Below are positions 11,701 to 24,121 of a DNA stretch of 64,000 nucleotides, in pieces. The notes below the pieces were generated by a model. That model was not told the DNA's origin. It did no database searches and saw nothing but the letters and a program-made list of their open reading frames with translations. Within the stretch, counting starts at the first letter, position 1, and every line of letters begins with the position of its first letter. Source of the stretch: Lenisia limosa (Eukaryota; Protista; Breviatea); NCBI GenBank assembly GCA_001655205.1, contig LPNZ01009518.1, positions 1 through 64,000 of the forward strand, written 5' to 3'. The position numbers and the translations under genes are program-made.

Positions 11701-12251
11701 AAAGGTGGTCAGAGCAGGAACTGTGACACGTCATAATTTACCATTCCAATCTCGGTTTTAAAAGATAATAGTATATCAAACATAAAATATTTTAAAACTA
11801 AGATAATCGCACTAATGTCCTCTGGAATATTGATATTCTAGAAACCAGAGATGAGAGAGGTTCAGCGTTGTGCTACCAAGGTTCTCGGAAACACTCAGAG
11901 CAGTATCAAAAAAAGGATAGATGATATCAAGAAGAACAGTAGGTGATGACTTTCTGATTCTTTTTTGAATATGATTTTCTATGAGGATGATTGAATTTTG
12001 ATTCCTCTTTCCATTTTTTGCTCGTTATTCAGTGCTGACGCCATATTTTACTGTATTTTTACCTCATACTCAATAAATACTATATTATTTGAGATATGGT
12101 TTTCTATGGAAAAGATATGATATGTTCAAGAACATGATTTACTACCAGTATAATATAGTATTCGTTTTTTTCTTTTTATTGTTAATCTAATTTTTTAGGG
12201 AAAGACAAGGGGGCAAGTCGTGCTGTTACTGTTCGTCTTAATGGAAGATAG
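8725..12251 (+). CDS. IWS1: Transcription elongation factor IWS1/Spn1
   Basis: An acidic N-terminus is followed by ...LIGLMHMAADL...KPAYNKLTHLDTVVKGL...ALFQWLRP...GNLPSLAIRSPLLK...LGSAVMFLLQHEKEIPENKKIAKRIIDSW (TFIIS N-terminal-like IWS1 domain). The C-terminus is ...SRAVTVRLNGR*. Confidence 0.9.
10621..10696. repeat. Intronic tandem duplication (~37-39 bp x2)
   Basis: ATTATGGCATGTTTTTTTCAATATTTATTTCAAAAC is repeated after 3 nt, differing by one T, within an IWS1 intron. Confidence 0.9.
11191..11756. mobile_element. Putative non-autonomous DNA transposon (MITE-like) in IWS1 intron
   Basis: Perfect 17-bp TIRs ACCGAGATTGGAATGGT (11191-11207) and ACCATTCCAATCTCGGT (11740-11756), with TTTA directly flanking both ends (11187-11190, 11757-11760). 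It accounts for most of an unusually long (~800 nt) intron. Confidence 0.7.
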
Positions 12252-12471
12252 ATTGTGGACCAAATTATTGAGTGTTCAGCTCAACTCAACAGATTGTATT
12301 GAGTGAGCATTACATCAGATTATTGAGAAGGTTCCTTGACCCATACTTCCATGGATGCGCTTTGATTCTTTCATTAAAAGTTATTTGTGATTTTGAACGT
12401 TCAAAAAAGATCCCATGAAACACAACCGAGATGACAGTCTGACTTTTCTCAAAGAGTAAATCAAAAAAGAC

Positions 12472-14434
12472 TTAGTTCTTGCGGGTGGACTCGTAGAAGA
12501 GAGAGGGGAAACGGGCAAGATGAGCGCAAGCGTGCATGACATCACGGGAGTCGACGTACTCACCGAGCTTGTGGCAATGTTGCTCAAGACCGGCACCGAT
12601 ACCGAACATGGGGGGGTACTTGAAGTCCTCATCATGGACCCACTGCTTGGTGTCGGGGACCTTGATGGTGGGGTGGTCTAAAAAGGTCAAAACTGAAAAG
12701 AAGAGTATTAACACAAGATGAAGTAGTCCCCAGCAAACCCTTCTCAATGGGGAAACCAACACCGTCGGTGGAGAAAATCCAAGCGGCAACACGGGGATCG
12801 CGACGCATGTAACCTTCGTTGTTGGGGTGGTCGGCAGCAACGTTGGGAGTGACGACACGCTTGTAGGCGTCAACGGCAGCGGAGATGCAAGGGTGCTCCT
12901 CGGGGGTAACCCATGGGAGGTAGACAGCCTCGTTGTTAAGACGGTAGCCGGTGTGAGAGGGCTTCTCGTAGATGGGGATGAAGACGTTGACGGTAAGACC
13001 GGCATCACGGGCCTTCTTCACGGCGGGGAGGCCGTCGAGAGAAGCGACACACTAAAGAATGTCAGACCATTGTTGCAATAAAGTGAAAAGCTTACGTCCT
13101 TGGGGTTCTCGCCAATGGTGATACGACGATCGAAGCGGAAGCGGAAGCGAGCGGGGACAGCGCAGTCGGAAGGAGTCTCGAGCCATGACTCGGAAGCGGT
13201 ACGAGAACCCTCACCGAGGAAGGGGTGGGTCTTGAAGCCCTCCTTGCGTTGGTACTGCTCGGCGGCCTCCTTGAGGATCTCACCACCGTACTCAAGGGGG
13301 TTGAGTCCCTCCCAGGGCATGGAGCCGTGGCAAGAGTGACCGATAACCTCAATCTCGATTTGCATGCGACCACGTTGTCCACGGTAGATACCGAGAGAAC
13401 CTAAGAAATTAGATTGTTCTGACAGAAAAGTGACACATTTTTCACATGAGCCCCCTCCCTAACCGTTGGTGGAGTCACCAGTGCCTTCAGTCATGACAAC
13501 AACGTCGGGAATCATCTCAGCGGGGGCGTTGGGAAGAACCTTAGTCTTGATGAACATGGGTCCAGCACCGTCATTGTCCTCCTCGCAGACGGTAGCGTAA
13601 GAGCGGATGATGACACCCTTGAGGGCACCGAACTCCTTAAGCTCGTTCATGATCTTGCAAGAAACAACCTGAAGGTTAAGCGGAAGAATAAATCTTTTCG
13701 ACCAAGAAAAAAAATTAGGGAAGCTCCATTATATAGAATGGAATGTGGATATAGAAGTCTACTCACCTGGGAGACAACACCAGCAAGCTGATCAGCAGTA
13801 CCACGGCCAAAGATGGCGTGCTCGAAGAGCTCCTCCTCGGGAAGAGTCCAGTTGAGCTGCTTCTTGAGAACACCCATGTCAATCTGGAGAATTAAAAAGT
13901 CTTTTCAAAAAAGAGTTCTTACCTGGTTCTTGTCGGTGAGACCGTTGAAGGGGTCAATACCTTCACCGATGACCTTGTGCCAGTTCTCACGGAGAGGGTA
14001 GACAGTGTCACTGTGGCCATCAAAGTAGACAACCTTTTTGTCAGCATCAGCGATGCCGTCAGAGTCGTCCTAATAGAGTTAACTTTGAAAGATAGCAATA
14101 AAATAAAGACGACCTTCGGCAAAATCGACTAACCTTAAGATACCAAACAAGGTTTCCGAAGTCATCAATGAAGACGTCCTTGGGGTCGTTGACGCACTTC
14201 TCCTTGATGATCACAGACTTGAGGTACTCAAGACGGGGACCTGGAATGGTCACACATGAAAAAAAATAAAATTAAAAATAATCTCTTCTCACCTTCGTGG
14301 TTGGAGGTACCGCACATGGGGTCTTCTTTCTGGTGGTCAGCGGGGATGCGAACGCATTCCTTAAGGATGCTTCCAGCAAGGTTCTTGTACTTGATGGCAA
14401 GCTCGCGAACTTTCTCGTCAAGAATAGCAGACAT
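12472..14434 (-). CDS. M20/M25/M40 family metallohydrolase, YgeY-related
   Basis: About 8 exons. Metal and catalytic motifs are FDGHSDT, IFGRGTADQLAG, ATVCEEDNDG, VVMTEGTGD and QHCHKLGE. The dimerisation region reads GIYRGQRGRMQIEIEVIGHSCHGSMPW...FDRR. Starts MSAILDEKV and ends ...YESTRKN*. Confidence 0.92.
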
Positions 14435-14807
14435 ATTCAAAATATACTCAAAGAGGATTCAAAAAATGCAAGAAAAAGCAATAAAAAGGACAATCTTCTA
14501 TCAATAAAATGATGGAATAAGTAGTAGATTTATTCCAGAAGTTTCTTTGTACCAGGAGTTTGGATATAAATCATTTGGCCCGCAAGAATTTCAAGAATTT
14601 TGGAAAAAAGGGGCTGATAACTACCGTTTAGGGTGTTGTGAATTTGATCATTTGCAGGGAATTGCTTATAAGAGGACAAACTTCTCTGAACCTCTTAGAA
14701 GAACTTTTCAATTGTGTTGCAGATCTTGTAAGAAATTTGGATTAAGTGGCTAGGAGGCTGTTGAGTTGTGACTACAAATTGAAGACTATTCCTTGATTCG
14801 GGAGACA

Positions 14808-17416
14808 ATGGAATCACCTGTGAGTAACAATCACCAATTATCAATCCGCCCTCGTTTCTCTACATTTCAATGCTCTCTAACTGTCCCTGTAGGAACGGCC
14901 ATTTAGTTCATTTTCAGTGAGCAATGCATCAGGACCAAGTGGGAGGGGCTGTTTTTTTTAAAAAAATCACTGTTTTTTTTTTTTTTTTNNNNNNNNNNNN
15001 NNNNNNNNNNNNNNNNNNNNNNNNNNNNNNNNNNNNNNNNNNNNNNNNNNNNNNNNNNNTCAATATGCAAGGCCTTGAAAGAAGACAGTATGTTTTGATG
15101 AGGAAGATGGAACGTTTAGCAGAGGTATTCCGGGTCAGGAGTTTCTACACAAGGTGAATATTTCAAAAAAATAAATATCAATTTTGAATGATTTTGGTGA
15201 TTTTGTGTAGGAAGAGTACAAAGCGAAGCAGGCAGCCCAGCAAGCTGACCAAGAAGCAAGGGAGCGAGAAAAGCGGAAACAAGAAGCGGAAACTCTCAGG
15301 TATTAATGCTGTTGTTCTTTGAAGGCAATGTATTCATGTCCATTTTCAGTTATATCTTAGGATCAAACAACGACAAAAACACCTTGTTGATGCTAAAAAC
15401 CGCCAGATTGCTAAGAAGGAAAAGAATGCATCTATGTGAGTTTGTATACATCATATAAAATATGTATTTCATACACTGTATATATATATATCGATATAGT
15501 ATATACTATATGATTATATATTTTTACACTGTATCATATATTATATCTAACTATAATCTCATAGAGTATTACTGAATTTGTCCAAATTTCTTTTTTTTTT
15601 TTGATACCTTTAACAGGCTGACAAACAGTAAGTATGCACAGTCTCAGGAGTGTAAACGTATTAACACTTTTTGAATGAGACAGCAGTATATCACGAGAAA
15701 CATATTTGAATAATTAGTTTAGTTTTCTATGAAAATGTTTTACTCTTTGTGGAGATTGTAGTTGTATCACATTTTTTACATTTTTATCGTTAACTTACAA
15801 TTTTCCATGACCCCCCCTCCCCTCATTGGGTCGTAATTATTGTGTGTTTTCTGAAAAAAAAAATTAAAATTTAGTAGTATTCTAATCATCCCTCCCCCTT
15901 TCAGCCTTGCTGAAGAGAGGTCACGAACTGAGATGGAAGCACGACAGAAAGAAATGAGAATGTCACGACTGAGACAAAAGAAATTGGAACAGGTGGGAGT
16001 CACCTTGTGTTTTACACCCTAGTTCAAGGACTTGTCAAAGAAAAGGGAAGCCTCAATGAATGAGCGGTCTAAGAAACTCCAAAACATCAATGAGCGGGTA
16101 AATGAAAGGTTTGCAAAGGGTGTTGTATTGACACTCCAGGGCTCAACAACAAATGATCAATATCATGGAAAATGAAACTCGATTCTCCCGGCAGCGTGAA
16201 ATGGTTGTGAAAGAGAGAAATAGGTAGGGCTATTTGGAAGAGGTCATCCATCAGTGAAGTCCACCAGAGGCACGAAATGGGCATTTTGAAGCTAAAACGT
16301 GCATCGATGAAAAAGAAGGAAGATGTGAGGGGTGTCTTATCCTGATGTATTTAGGAGGAAAAGGCAATTAGAAAGCTCCAAGAATTTGAATCTAAACAAG
16401 AGGAAACCTTCAGAAGACTCCGAGGTGAGATTTATATTAAACCTTTTTATTTTCATTCCCAGTCCTCCTCAATTTCCCATAACAATGTAGAAAAAGAAGA
16501 AGAGCGAAAGGAAGCAGCGAACAGACGCCGTATTGTTGCTGAAGCTCATTCATCAACTAATAGGACAGGGAAAATAAAGGTGTGTGAAGACTGGGCCTCA
16601 TTCACTGACCGTCTAGAAAATTGAAACCGAAAATGCCCTCATATTTGAAGAGTACGAAAAGGTTGAGGCCGAGAGACTACACAAACACAAGTTATCACAA
16701 CTTGGGAAAGTAGGTACTTTGCATGATATCATTAAAAATAATATGAATGGCATATTTTCTTCTCGCTTTAACGCTGAAGACTTCTCTACGCAGTGAGGAA
16801 AGAAGGACAAGATTGCAAGGGCAGGCAGAACGAGTAAAGGAATTGGTACGTGAGGCTTGAAGAATGATGTCACTTTTCATTCATAACCCTTTTGTTTTTC
16901 ATTTGCCCAGGAGCAAATTCAGCTTGAAAAGGAGCGAATTCTTGTCAGACGCATTCAGAACCATGAAGCTAAAGTAAAGGCGTATGAAGAACTTATTGAA
17001 TTGATATCACCTCGATTTTATTAATCATATTGTTATAATTTAAACTTTTAAACTAATTCCTCTTATGATGTAGTCGTAAGGAGGATGAACGAAGAATGAA
17101 GCAGATGGCACAGGACATTGCAAAACAAGAAAAGGAGGTCTGCTTCCTTTTCGATGTCTTATGACTGTAGTTTATGGAAGCATATCAACAACGAACAGCA
17201 GTACTTTCAAAGGTGGTTCTTTTAGTACTTTTACCCGTTTAGACTCTCCAATTAAACAACGCATCAAGGGTTAAAGAAACCTTGAAGCTGGACCTTCACC
17301 AAAAATATGTAACCCCAAGAGCACCCCTTCATTCTCTTTCACCAACTGAGGTTAGTAGTATTCAGTTCATCTTATATTCAGACTTCACCCAAAAGACGAC
17401 AGTACAGCACAAGTAG
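14808..17416 (+). CDS. E/K/R/Q-rich coiled-coil protein (trichohyalin/trichoplein-like), multi-exon
   Basis: Many short GT-AG exons encode charged helical sequence, e.g. EEYKAKQAAQQADQEAREREKRKQEAETLR and EQIQLEKERILVRRIQNHEAK. Confidence 0.7.
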
Positions 17417-17460
17417 CAAGGTTTTTTTTGGGAGGGGGGCTTGATTAATAGTGTTATTCT

Positions 17461-20400
17461 TTAGGGTTCTCTGAGTCACCGAGAAACTTCTTCAAGGTCA
17501 TGGTTGGTTGAATTGTAATGCTGGTGTAGTTTGCGTATGACTCTTTTAGGCGGCCTGAGGACTATGCTTTGCCCCCAAGTCGAAACACTTTCAGGTCATT
17601 AAGTCCCTCAAAGTAGGAGTGTGATGAAAGCCTTTCTATTTGCAGGTCATCCCCTGGTTGCTTTGGCCTAGTTTTTTTCCTCCCATCATTTGCCCCCCAC
17701 CCCCAGTATGTCACTACCGTCCTCCAACGGCACCCAATACGCCACTGCCTCGCAAGCCACCCTTCCTCCCTCCCGAGCAACAATGTTAGCACCGCGTTAT
17801 TAAGTTTTATCATCTTATTAGATATTCCGAATTGGAACCTGATTTCAAATGAACTCCCAACTCACCATCCTGATGATATGACTCCTTTTTATTCCAACGT
17901 GAAGGTTGATGTCTTTAGTTGAATGTATAATATCCCCTTGTACCTGAAGGCAAGTCAAAACATACAAATAAACAACCGACATATAGTTGTAAAAACAAAA
18001 CAGAAACATAGCACAAGCTATAACATTATGGTCAAGAAATTGTAAGAAAATAAAAGAAATTTTATGGGAGAGTAACAGAAAGTCCCCGGATGATGTTTTG
18101 GATGGTCTCGATCATGGCTTTGGTGCCCACAGCCCTGCAGGATTCATCTTGTCCATATAGTCGTTAAGGGTCAGCTCGGGGGAGGAGTCGTAGCGGCAGT
18201 TCTGAACACCAATTTGTCCAACTGAGGTGATATTGGTATTCAACTAAGCCGTTAGTTCACATTATCACAAAACTCACTTTAAGAGAAAACGAGGCATTTT
18301 CTACAAAGTCAGACAGTGGAGTCATGAAACGCCTCATGGACGAAAGCCTCCTCAGGTGTACCAGCAGCATTTCGATCTTGTTCTCATAGAAGATGATATG
18401 AACCATTTGTAACTCCACAGAGGGACAAACCAACTGACTCAAATCAACCTAAAAGATCAATATCAAGTCATATTTGCACTTGAAAGTCCAAGAGAGTATG
18501 CATAGTATGTAGTTTTATCAAAGGTCAACAGGTTGGATTTGATTCAATACTGAAAACAAAGGGGTGGGGCTTACCCAGTTATGTTCAAGGTTCATTTCAA
18601 AGCTCTCTCCATAAGTGCATGAATCAAAAAAAAGTACCCTAGGTTGTGATAAAAACCTCTTTTAACAAACACTGTGTTAAAATGGATATCTGTGTTGTGG
18701 GCTTGGGATAGAAGAGCTTGGGTCTCGTTGTGAAGTTTTAAGGAAGTCACTGAATCCTAAAATGGTAAAGAAAGGAAACTATCAATAACAACTTACCCCA
18801 TTGGCTTTTGCATGGAGACTGGCCAACAACGAAGTGAGAGCTTTGTCGGCATATTGGATACTGCGAACGTACTTCTCACTAAAAATTAGAAAATTGATCC
18901 CGTTTTTTTCAATACAACAGCTGAAATAACGTGTAATATGGTTACTTCACCACAACTCCCAAACCTATCAACCAGCTTTGTTGCCCATATATACGCATTG
19001 TTATTGAAAAATGCCAGCGCCTCAAGTAGATTCTATATGATGACGAAAGCAATATCAACAAACCTGTCTGTTTATTAGATCTATTTCGGAGAGTACATGG
19101 CCCAATTCATTTTTTTCCTCCTCAAGATTAGGATGTGCCGAACTCTGGAAAGACAATTAAAAAAGGGGTGACCACCTTGGAAATTAGAGGAGCAGTCTGG
19201 ATCGGCACTGTCGGTAAAAAAGGCATGTGAACCAAGGGAAATGCTGGTGAAATTGGAACACCAGAAAGGCCCAGAATGGATGGAGAAATCTGGTTAGGTG
19301 TAGGGGGCAAGGGAATCCGATGGCCCGATAGCGGAGGGACTGGGAACAACAGAGGAGGCATGACTTGGGGATCAAACAGCGGCGGTTGAAACACAGGCAT
19401 GAGGTTGAGGAAAGGGAAACTTGGAACCTATAAAATGAGACATAAGAGACTGTACCAAAAAAAAAGTGGAGATTCTTATCCGATTTCCCTTGATTAATAG
19501 AGAAATTAAGACAAAAGAGATACAACTGTAACCAGAACTCTAATTCAGACACTTTCATTTCACCAATTTTTTTCAATTAATTTCTTCAAAAAATGAATTG
19601 CACGGAGTCGTAATAGAAATTGCAAAATAAAGGTATCTTGTCGCTGTACCATCACACACNNNNNNNNNNNNNNNNNNNNNNNNNNNNNNNNNNNNNNNNN
19701 NNNNNNNNNNNNNNNNNNNNNNNNNNNNNNNNNNNNNNNNNCTATGATACCTGGTTGATGATGGGCTGCGGGAAGATTGGTGGGGCCAGATTGGCCAGAC
19801 CTGGAATGATACACGTGGCCGGAGCAAGGTTGTGCGGGTTGAGGGCTAGAGAAGAAATCGCTTGGCTGACAATGGACGGACTGACTGTCGGCGGGGGTGG
19901 CTCGATTGTGGTGGATGCTGGGCTCAAAGGAAGGGGGCTTAGTAACCCACTGGCAACATTCGGCTGAATTGTCATACAACTGAGAATGTGCTCTGACCTT
20001 TGAAAGCGGCGAATAGTTCGGAACTTCGGCCGATACAGCCAGACCATTCTCTAACGACATAACAAAGGATTGGATGAGATCACAAACCATCTGTTTCTTT
20101 CTTGACTGTTGAGGTAACTGTGAGGCCGAAGGGCACTAAGGTGGTGATCAACAAATCTGTGCAACTCAAATACCCAGGTAGTGCCTAATGCAGCTGGTCT
20201 TTCAATCATTGTCCTTAAATCACCCTTCAATCACTCTTGCAACCGGTGGAACTCAACATATAACCGATTCTTATTCCGAAAGAGAAAACAAGAAGACTAC
20301 CAGAGACAAACTTCTATCAAAAGGTTCTACAATATCTTCAAATTAAAAATTAAAAACGCTATAAGACAATGGTGCCCAGTGGTGCGGAAAACCAAGAGTA

Positions 20401-20849
20401 GAATATTTTCTCTCTAGAATCTCACCATTTTTTCGCGTTGTGAATCCGTATAAGCACATTTCGCCTCTTCTTTGGCAGTTTGAGCAAGGCAGCTATCAAA
20501 TGGATGAAAAATAAGACGGAAATCAGTTGATGGTAAAAATATCCTTAACAACAACAATGTTAATAATTAACCTCTTCAAAACATTCTCTAGAATCCATAA
20601 AGAAGAGTAGCCAATAATACATAGCTTTTTGGATTCCCCCCTGCTCCCAATGCTCCTCCTCACCTCTCCATTGCACCTAACCTGATGGGATAAGAACGAA
20701 CAAGCTCCAAAAAAAAACACAAACTTTTCTTTGAGAGCAATGTGAGCAAGCTTGACTAGTTCTGCGCACCTTTCGGTTCTTTCTCTATAATATGATGAGT
20801 ATAGTCGCCCAAACAACCATGAACTGCCAACCTTAAAACCTTGGCTCAT
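17461..20849 (-). CDS. hypothetical protein with central Pro-rich region
   Basis: Open exons such as EKYVRSIQYADKALTSLLASLHAKANG, Pro-rich ORFs at 19128-19400 and 19742-20047, and a putative start MSQGFKVGSSWLFGRL. Could be two genes. Confidence 0.55.
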
Positions 20850-21329
20850 AGCAATACCTCTAACCCATATAACTATTATATTTTAGTATTACATTCTTAA
20901 TTATTACCCCTGAATGTCCGACTTTTGGTTAGGTTATTCAAAAATTGGAACAAAGCAATCTCTGGCTCGGAGAAACGCTGTAAACTCCATCGACCATCAG
21001 TTGTCTAAGTATATAATATTCCTCATACCTGAATGTAATACATACGTATAATTAATAAAGATATAGGCATACAGACAAGTTATTTCATGCTGCCTTCTCT
21101 TATTGGTTGGAACCGAGATCGCGATGCCCAAGCCGCTGTGCCAAGCCCCCCCCCCCCCCCNNNNNNNNNNNNNNNNNNNNNNNNNNNNNNNNNNNNNNNN
21201 NNNNNNNNNNNNNNNNNNNNNNNNNNNNNNNNNNNNNNNNNNNNNNNNNNNNNNNNNNNNNNNNNNNNNNNNNNNNNNNNNNNNNNNNNNNNNNNNNNNN
21301 NACCGGCAGAACGAGCCTTCATCTTTTGA

Positions 21330-21752
21330 CCAAGGCACTCAATCACTTCACCACGCTCTTCTCTCCTGCAACCATCTTCGCTCCCACATACCCCAACCAA
21401 TCAGCAGCCAATCCCGGTTAATATACGAACACTCTCTCAACAATACAACCATCTGTCCCCCATTTCTGTCATGCCTCCAACAATTCCCCCAATTCGACCA
21501 ATAACAGCAGCTGAGCTGAAGGAAACTAACCTTGGATACAAAGCAAACGACTTGAAAAAACGAAGAATTCTCATTGATAACCAAACTGATAAGGATGAAG
21601 AAGTTGTGATACTCTGGAAAAAAGTGAAACAAGACCAACCATGTGCTCCCCCAAGTGGACCATCTGCCCCTAAAGGGAAATTGGTCATCAAACGAAGGAA
21701 GCAGGTTGCTTCCTCCCTCCCAACAATATCGGTTTGCGGGAAAAGTCATTAA
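21330..21752 (+). CDS. hypothetical Pro/Lys-rich ORF, intronless in the visible part, 5' end in gap
   Basis: An open frame ...MPPTIPPIRPITAAELKETNLGYKANDLKKRRILIDNQTDKDEEVVILWKKVK... follows a poly-C/N gap. Confidence 0.35.
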   Translation, partial: PRHSITSPRSSLLQPSSLPHTPTNQQPIPVNIRTLSQQYNHLSPISVMPPTIPPIRPITAAELKETNLGYKANDLKKRRILIDNQTDKDEEVVILWKKVKQDQPCAPPSGPSAPKGKLVIKRRKQVASSLPTISVCGKSH

Positions 21753-21796
21753 AAAGGCAATGGTGTGTTGTTAATATTTTGGGCTTCTTCGGCCTG

Positions 21797-22524
21797 ATGG
21801 CCTGTACTACAACCTTGTTTTTATTTCTTATTTCATCATATTTTTTGGTGTTTATTTATAGAACATCAGAACAGCTAATTCTAAGTTCAGGGTGAAGATA
21901 AGTTAAAAGAGCTCCAAGAAGAGGAAAAAGAGCTTTCAAAAGAACTTGAGGAAACAAAAAAAGGGCTTCCAGATCTGTAAGTTTCCCTTATTCACTCATA
22001 GGTTCAGAGGGCCAAATAGACAAGAAATTATCGATAACTATATTCATCGACTACATGTCTACAATGAAATGAAAGACACAGCTCAGGAACTTATAGGGCG
22101 ATTGGCAGAGGCGAAGGTGGGTATTGTGGAAATCTTTAGGGTGGTTGGACACTTTTAATCAAGTGATCATGATTGATAATGATGAATACAGTTAGCAGAC
22201 AATTGAAAAGCCTCTGAGTGGAGATATGTTCCATCTATGATATTTTGGAGATTCCTGTCAGTTTTTATCTTTCAGGGATGGGGGATATATTGTGTGAGCG
22301 GTAGATGTTTGGCTCAAAGTTGAACTTTTTCAAAAGTATATAATTATTACATTATATCATATATATAGTGTATGATATATATTTTAAAAGCAACAAGACA
22401 AAAACTTCTTATTAGGTTGTAAAAAAGCACGGACTGCTTGGACACTCCCGATAACTTTACGCTTCAGGGGCACACGATCAAAGAAGAATATGTTGAAATG
22501 GGCCTTGACCCATCTATGGAGTGA
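21797..22524 (+). CDS. SWI5: Swi5/Sae3 recombination mediator
   Basis: An N-terminal coiled coil is followed by IIDNYIHRLHVYNEMKDTAQELIGRLAEAK/GHTIKEEYVEMGL, matching the Swi5 consensus (LH.YNE.KD..Q.LIG.LA). Confidence 0.88.
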
Positions 22525-22764
22525 TGATGTGAGCAGATTTGTTTATTTTTACCCCTTTTAGGCCCAGATTCTCTTTTTTAAAACTGTCTTATTTATGAGG
22601 AATATTGAAATGCACCTTCTCTCCACCCTCAACCTGACTGATCTTAAGAATGGGGGGGAAACAGTTTACATCATGCACCTGACCACCAGGGAACAAAACT
22701 CACAAAAAACAGGATGAGAAAAAAAAAAAAACTGTAAAAACAAAAGAATGGAAAGATACCGTGA

Positions 22765-23672
22765 TTAAGGTTCAGATAAAAGTGGATGGATTGTCATTGG
22801 TCCTGAATATGCAGGAGGAGACTTGTCCGTCAAGAGGGTCAATTGACGCAGGGGTCCATATTCAGGTTGAGATAGCTGAGCTCTTGCACAGGTAATATCA
22901 TCTTGGATAGCTTCAATAAGGGCATCTGATACGATGAGAGCTATGCTGTGTGTCTCTTCGGTCAAAAAAAAAAGCATGATAAACCACCATCCCTTGACTG
23001 GCTTTTTGGAACTGAATCTTAAGATGAATATTATTTCCCATTGATGTATTACCTGATCTACAGAATATTATGCAGAAACGAAGGTAGAATTGAAGTCTCT
23101 TATCATTGAGTATTATTTCAGTATAATTCAGTCTGTAAACAACTTTTAAAAATAAGCATACCTAGTCCAGGGAAATCTCTTTCTTCGCGTAGATAGTTGG
23201 TCACAACAACTCGTAAGTGCTCACCATAGAAATCGGCCTCAAATTCACGAAGAATATGCACTTCCTATGCGAATAACGGGTAGACGTTACTCATTCATAA
23301 AAGGCCTTCTTACAACGGATTTTTCTTTGTTTTTGAAGTACGGGCTCCAACCAATATTCATGACCATTGGAATGACCTTAGAATGAACTGAAGGTATGCT
23401 GGCAAACCCTATGCAGTAAATACTGAAATCCGATAGAAATTCAAGCACTTATGACGAATCATTAGCATACCAAAATAAACCCCGTTATTAAGAGTTGGAA
23501 GGACCTCTGAGAACTTTTCGACAGGCAAATTAGCTAAACTTGGTCAGGGATACATGAACAAAGAGAGAGACAAACCTGTTGGTATGCCCAACTGTTTTGA
23601 TCCTCTTCCAAAACCACTTATCACTTCACCACTCATAAAAAAGGGCGTACATGACGATTTATCTGCATCCAT
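22765..23672 (-). CDS. RFK: Riboflavin kinase (monofunctional, eukaryotic type)
   Basis: Exons read [26 protein letters not shown]...GVYFGFA...MVMNIGWSPYFKNKEKSVEVHILREFEADFYGEHLRVVVTNYLREERDF...LIEAIQDDI. Confidence 0.95.
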
Positions 23673-24121
23673 TTCTGAAATCTCTTCCAAGACTGACTCA
23701 AATCAAAGAAAAAGGGGCAGAAGAGGGGTGTGGTGAGGTTAAACTGAGGTTTGGCGATACTTTATGATAAGAGTAGTTATTTGTGCTGCAGAATGGGTGA
23801 AAAAGGAAGAAAGAACGGAGTTTTGGATACAAAATGTAGCCGCAAAAAAGTAGGGTTCCTCATCTCGCTCACTTCTTGCCTGCAAGGAAAACTTAAACAA
23901 AACCTTTTTCTGCTTGTCCATTTGTCCATTTCTGTCTTACCACTGTCTATCTAATTATAATAAACTCGTTATTCGTATCGTAAAAACTTGAAATCAACCA
24001 CCCAACATCCTCAACATCCGCCCATCAATCATCGCTTTCAACCTTGTTTTTTTCTCCTCCTTTTAAGAGAAAGCCACAAACGATCAACAATGTGTTGAAA
24101 TGAGGTGATCATAACGGTGTG

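Noticed and set aside
13092-13382. Long alternative-frame and antisense ORFs over the M20 gene (and 58708..59199 over TCD)
   Set aside because: These are shadow ORFs produced by the codon bias of the real coding strand.
22178-22220. Box C (ATGATGA) and box D (CTGA) in the SWI5 intron as a snoRNA
   Set aside because: The boxes span only ~38 nt and there is no terminal stem.
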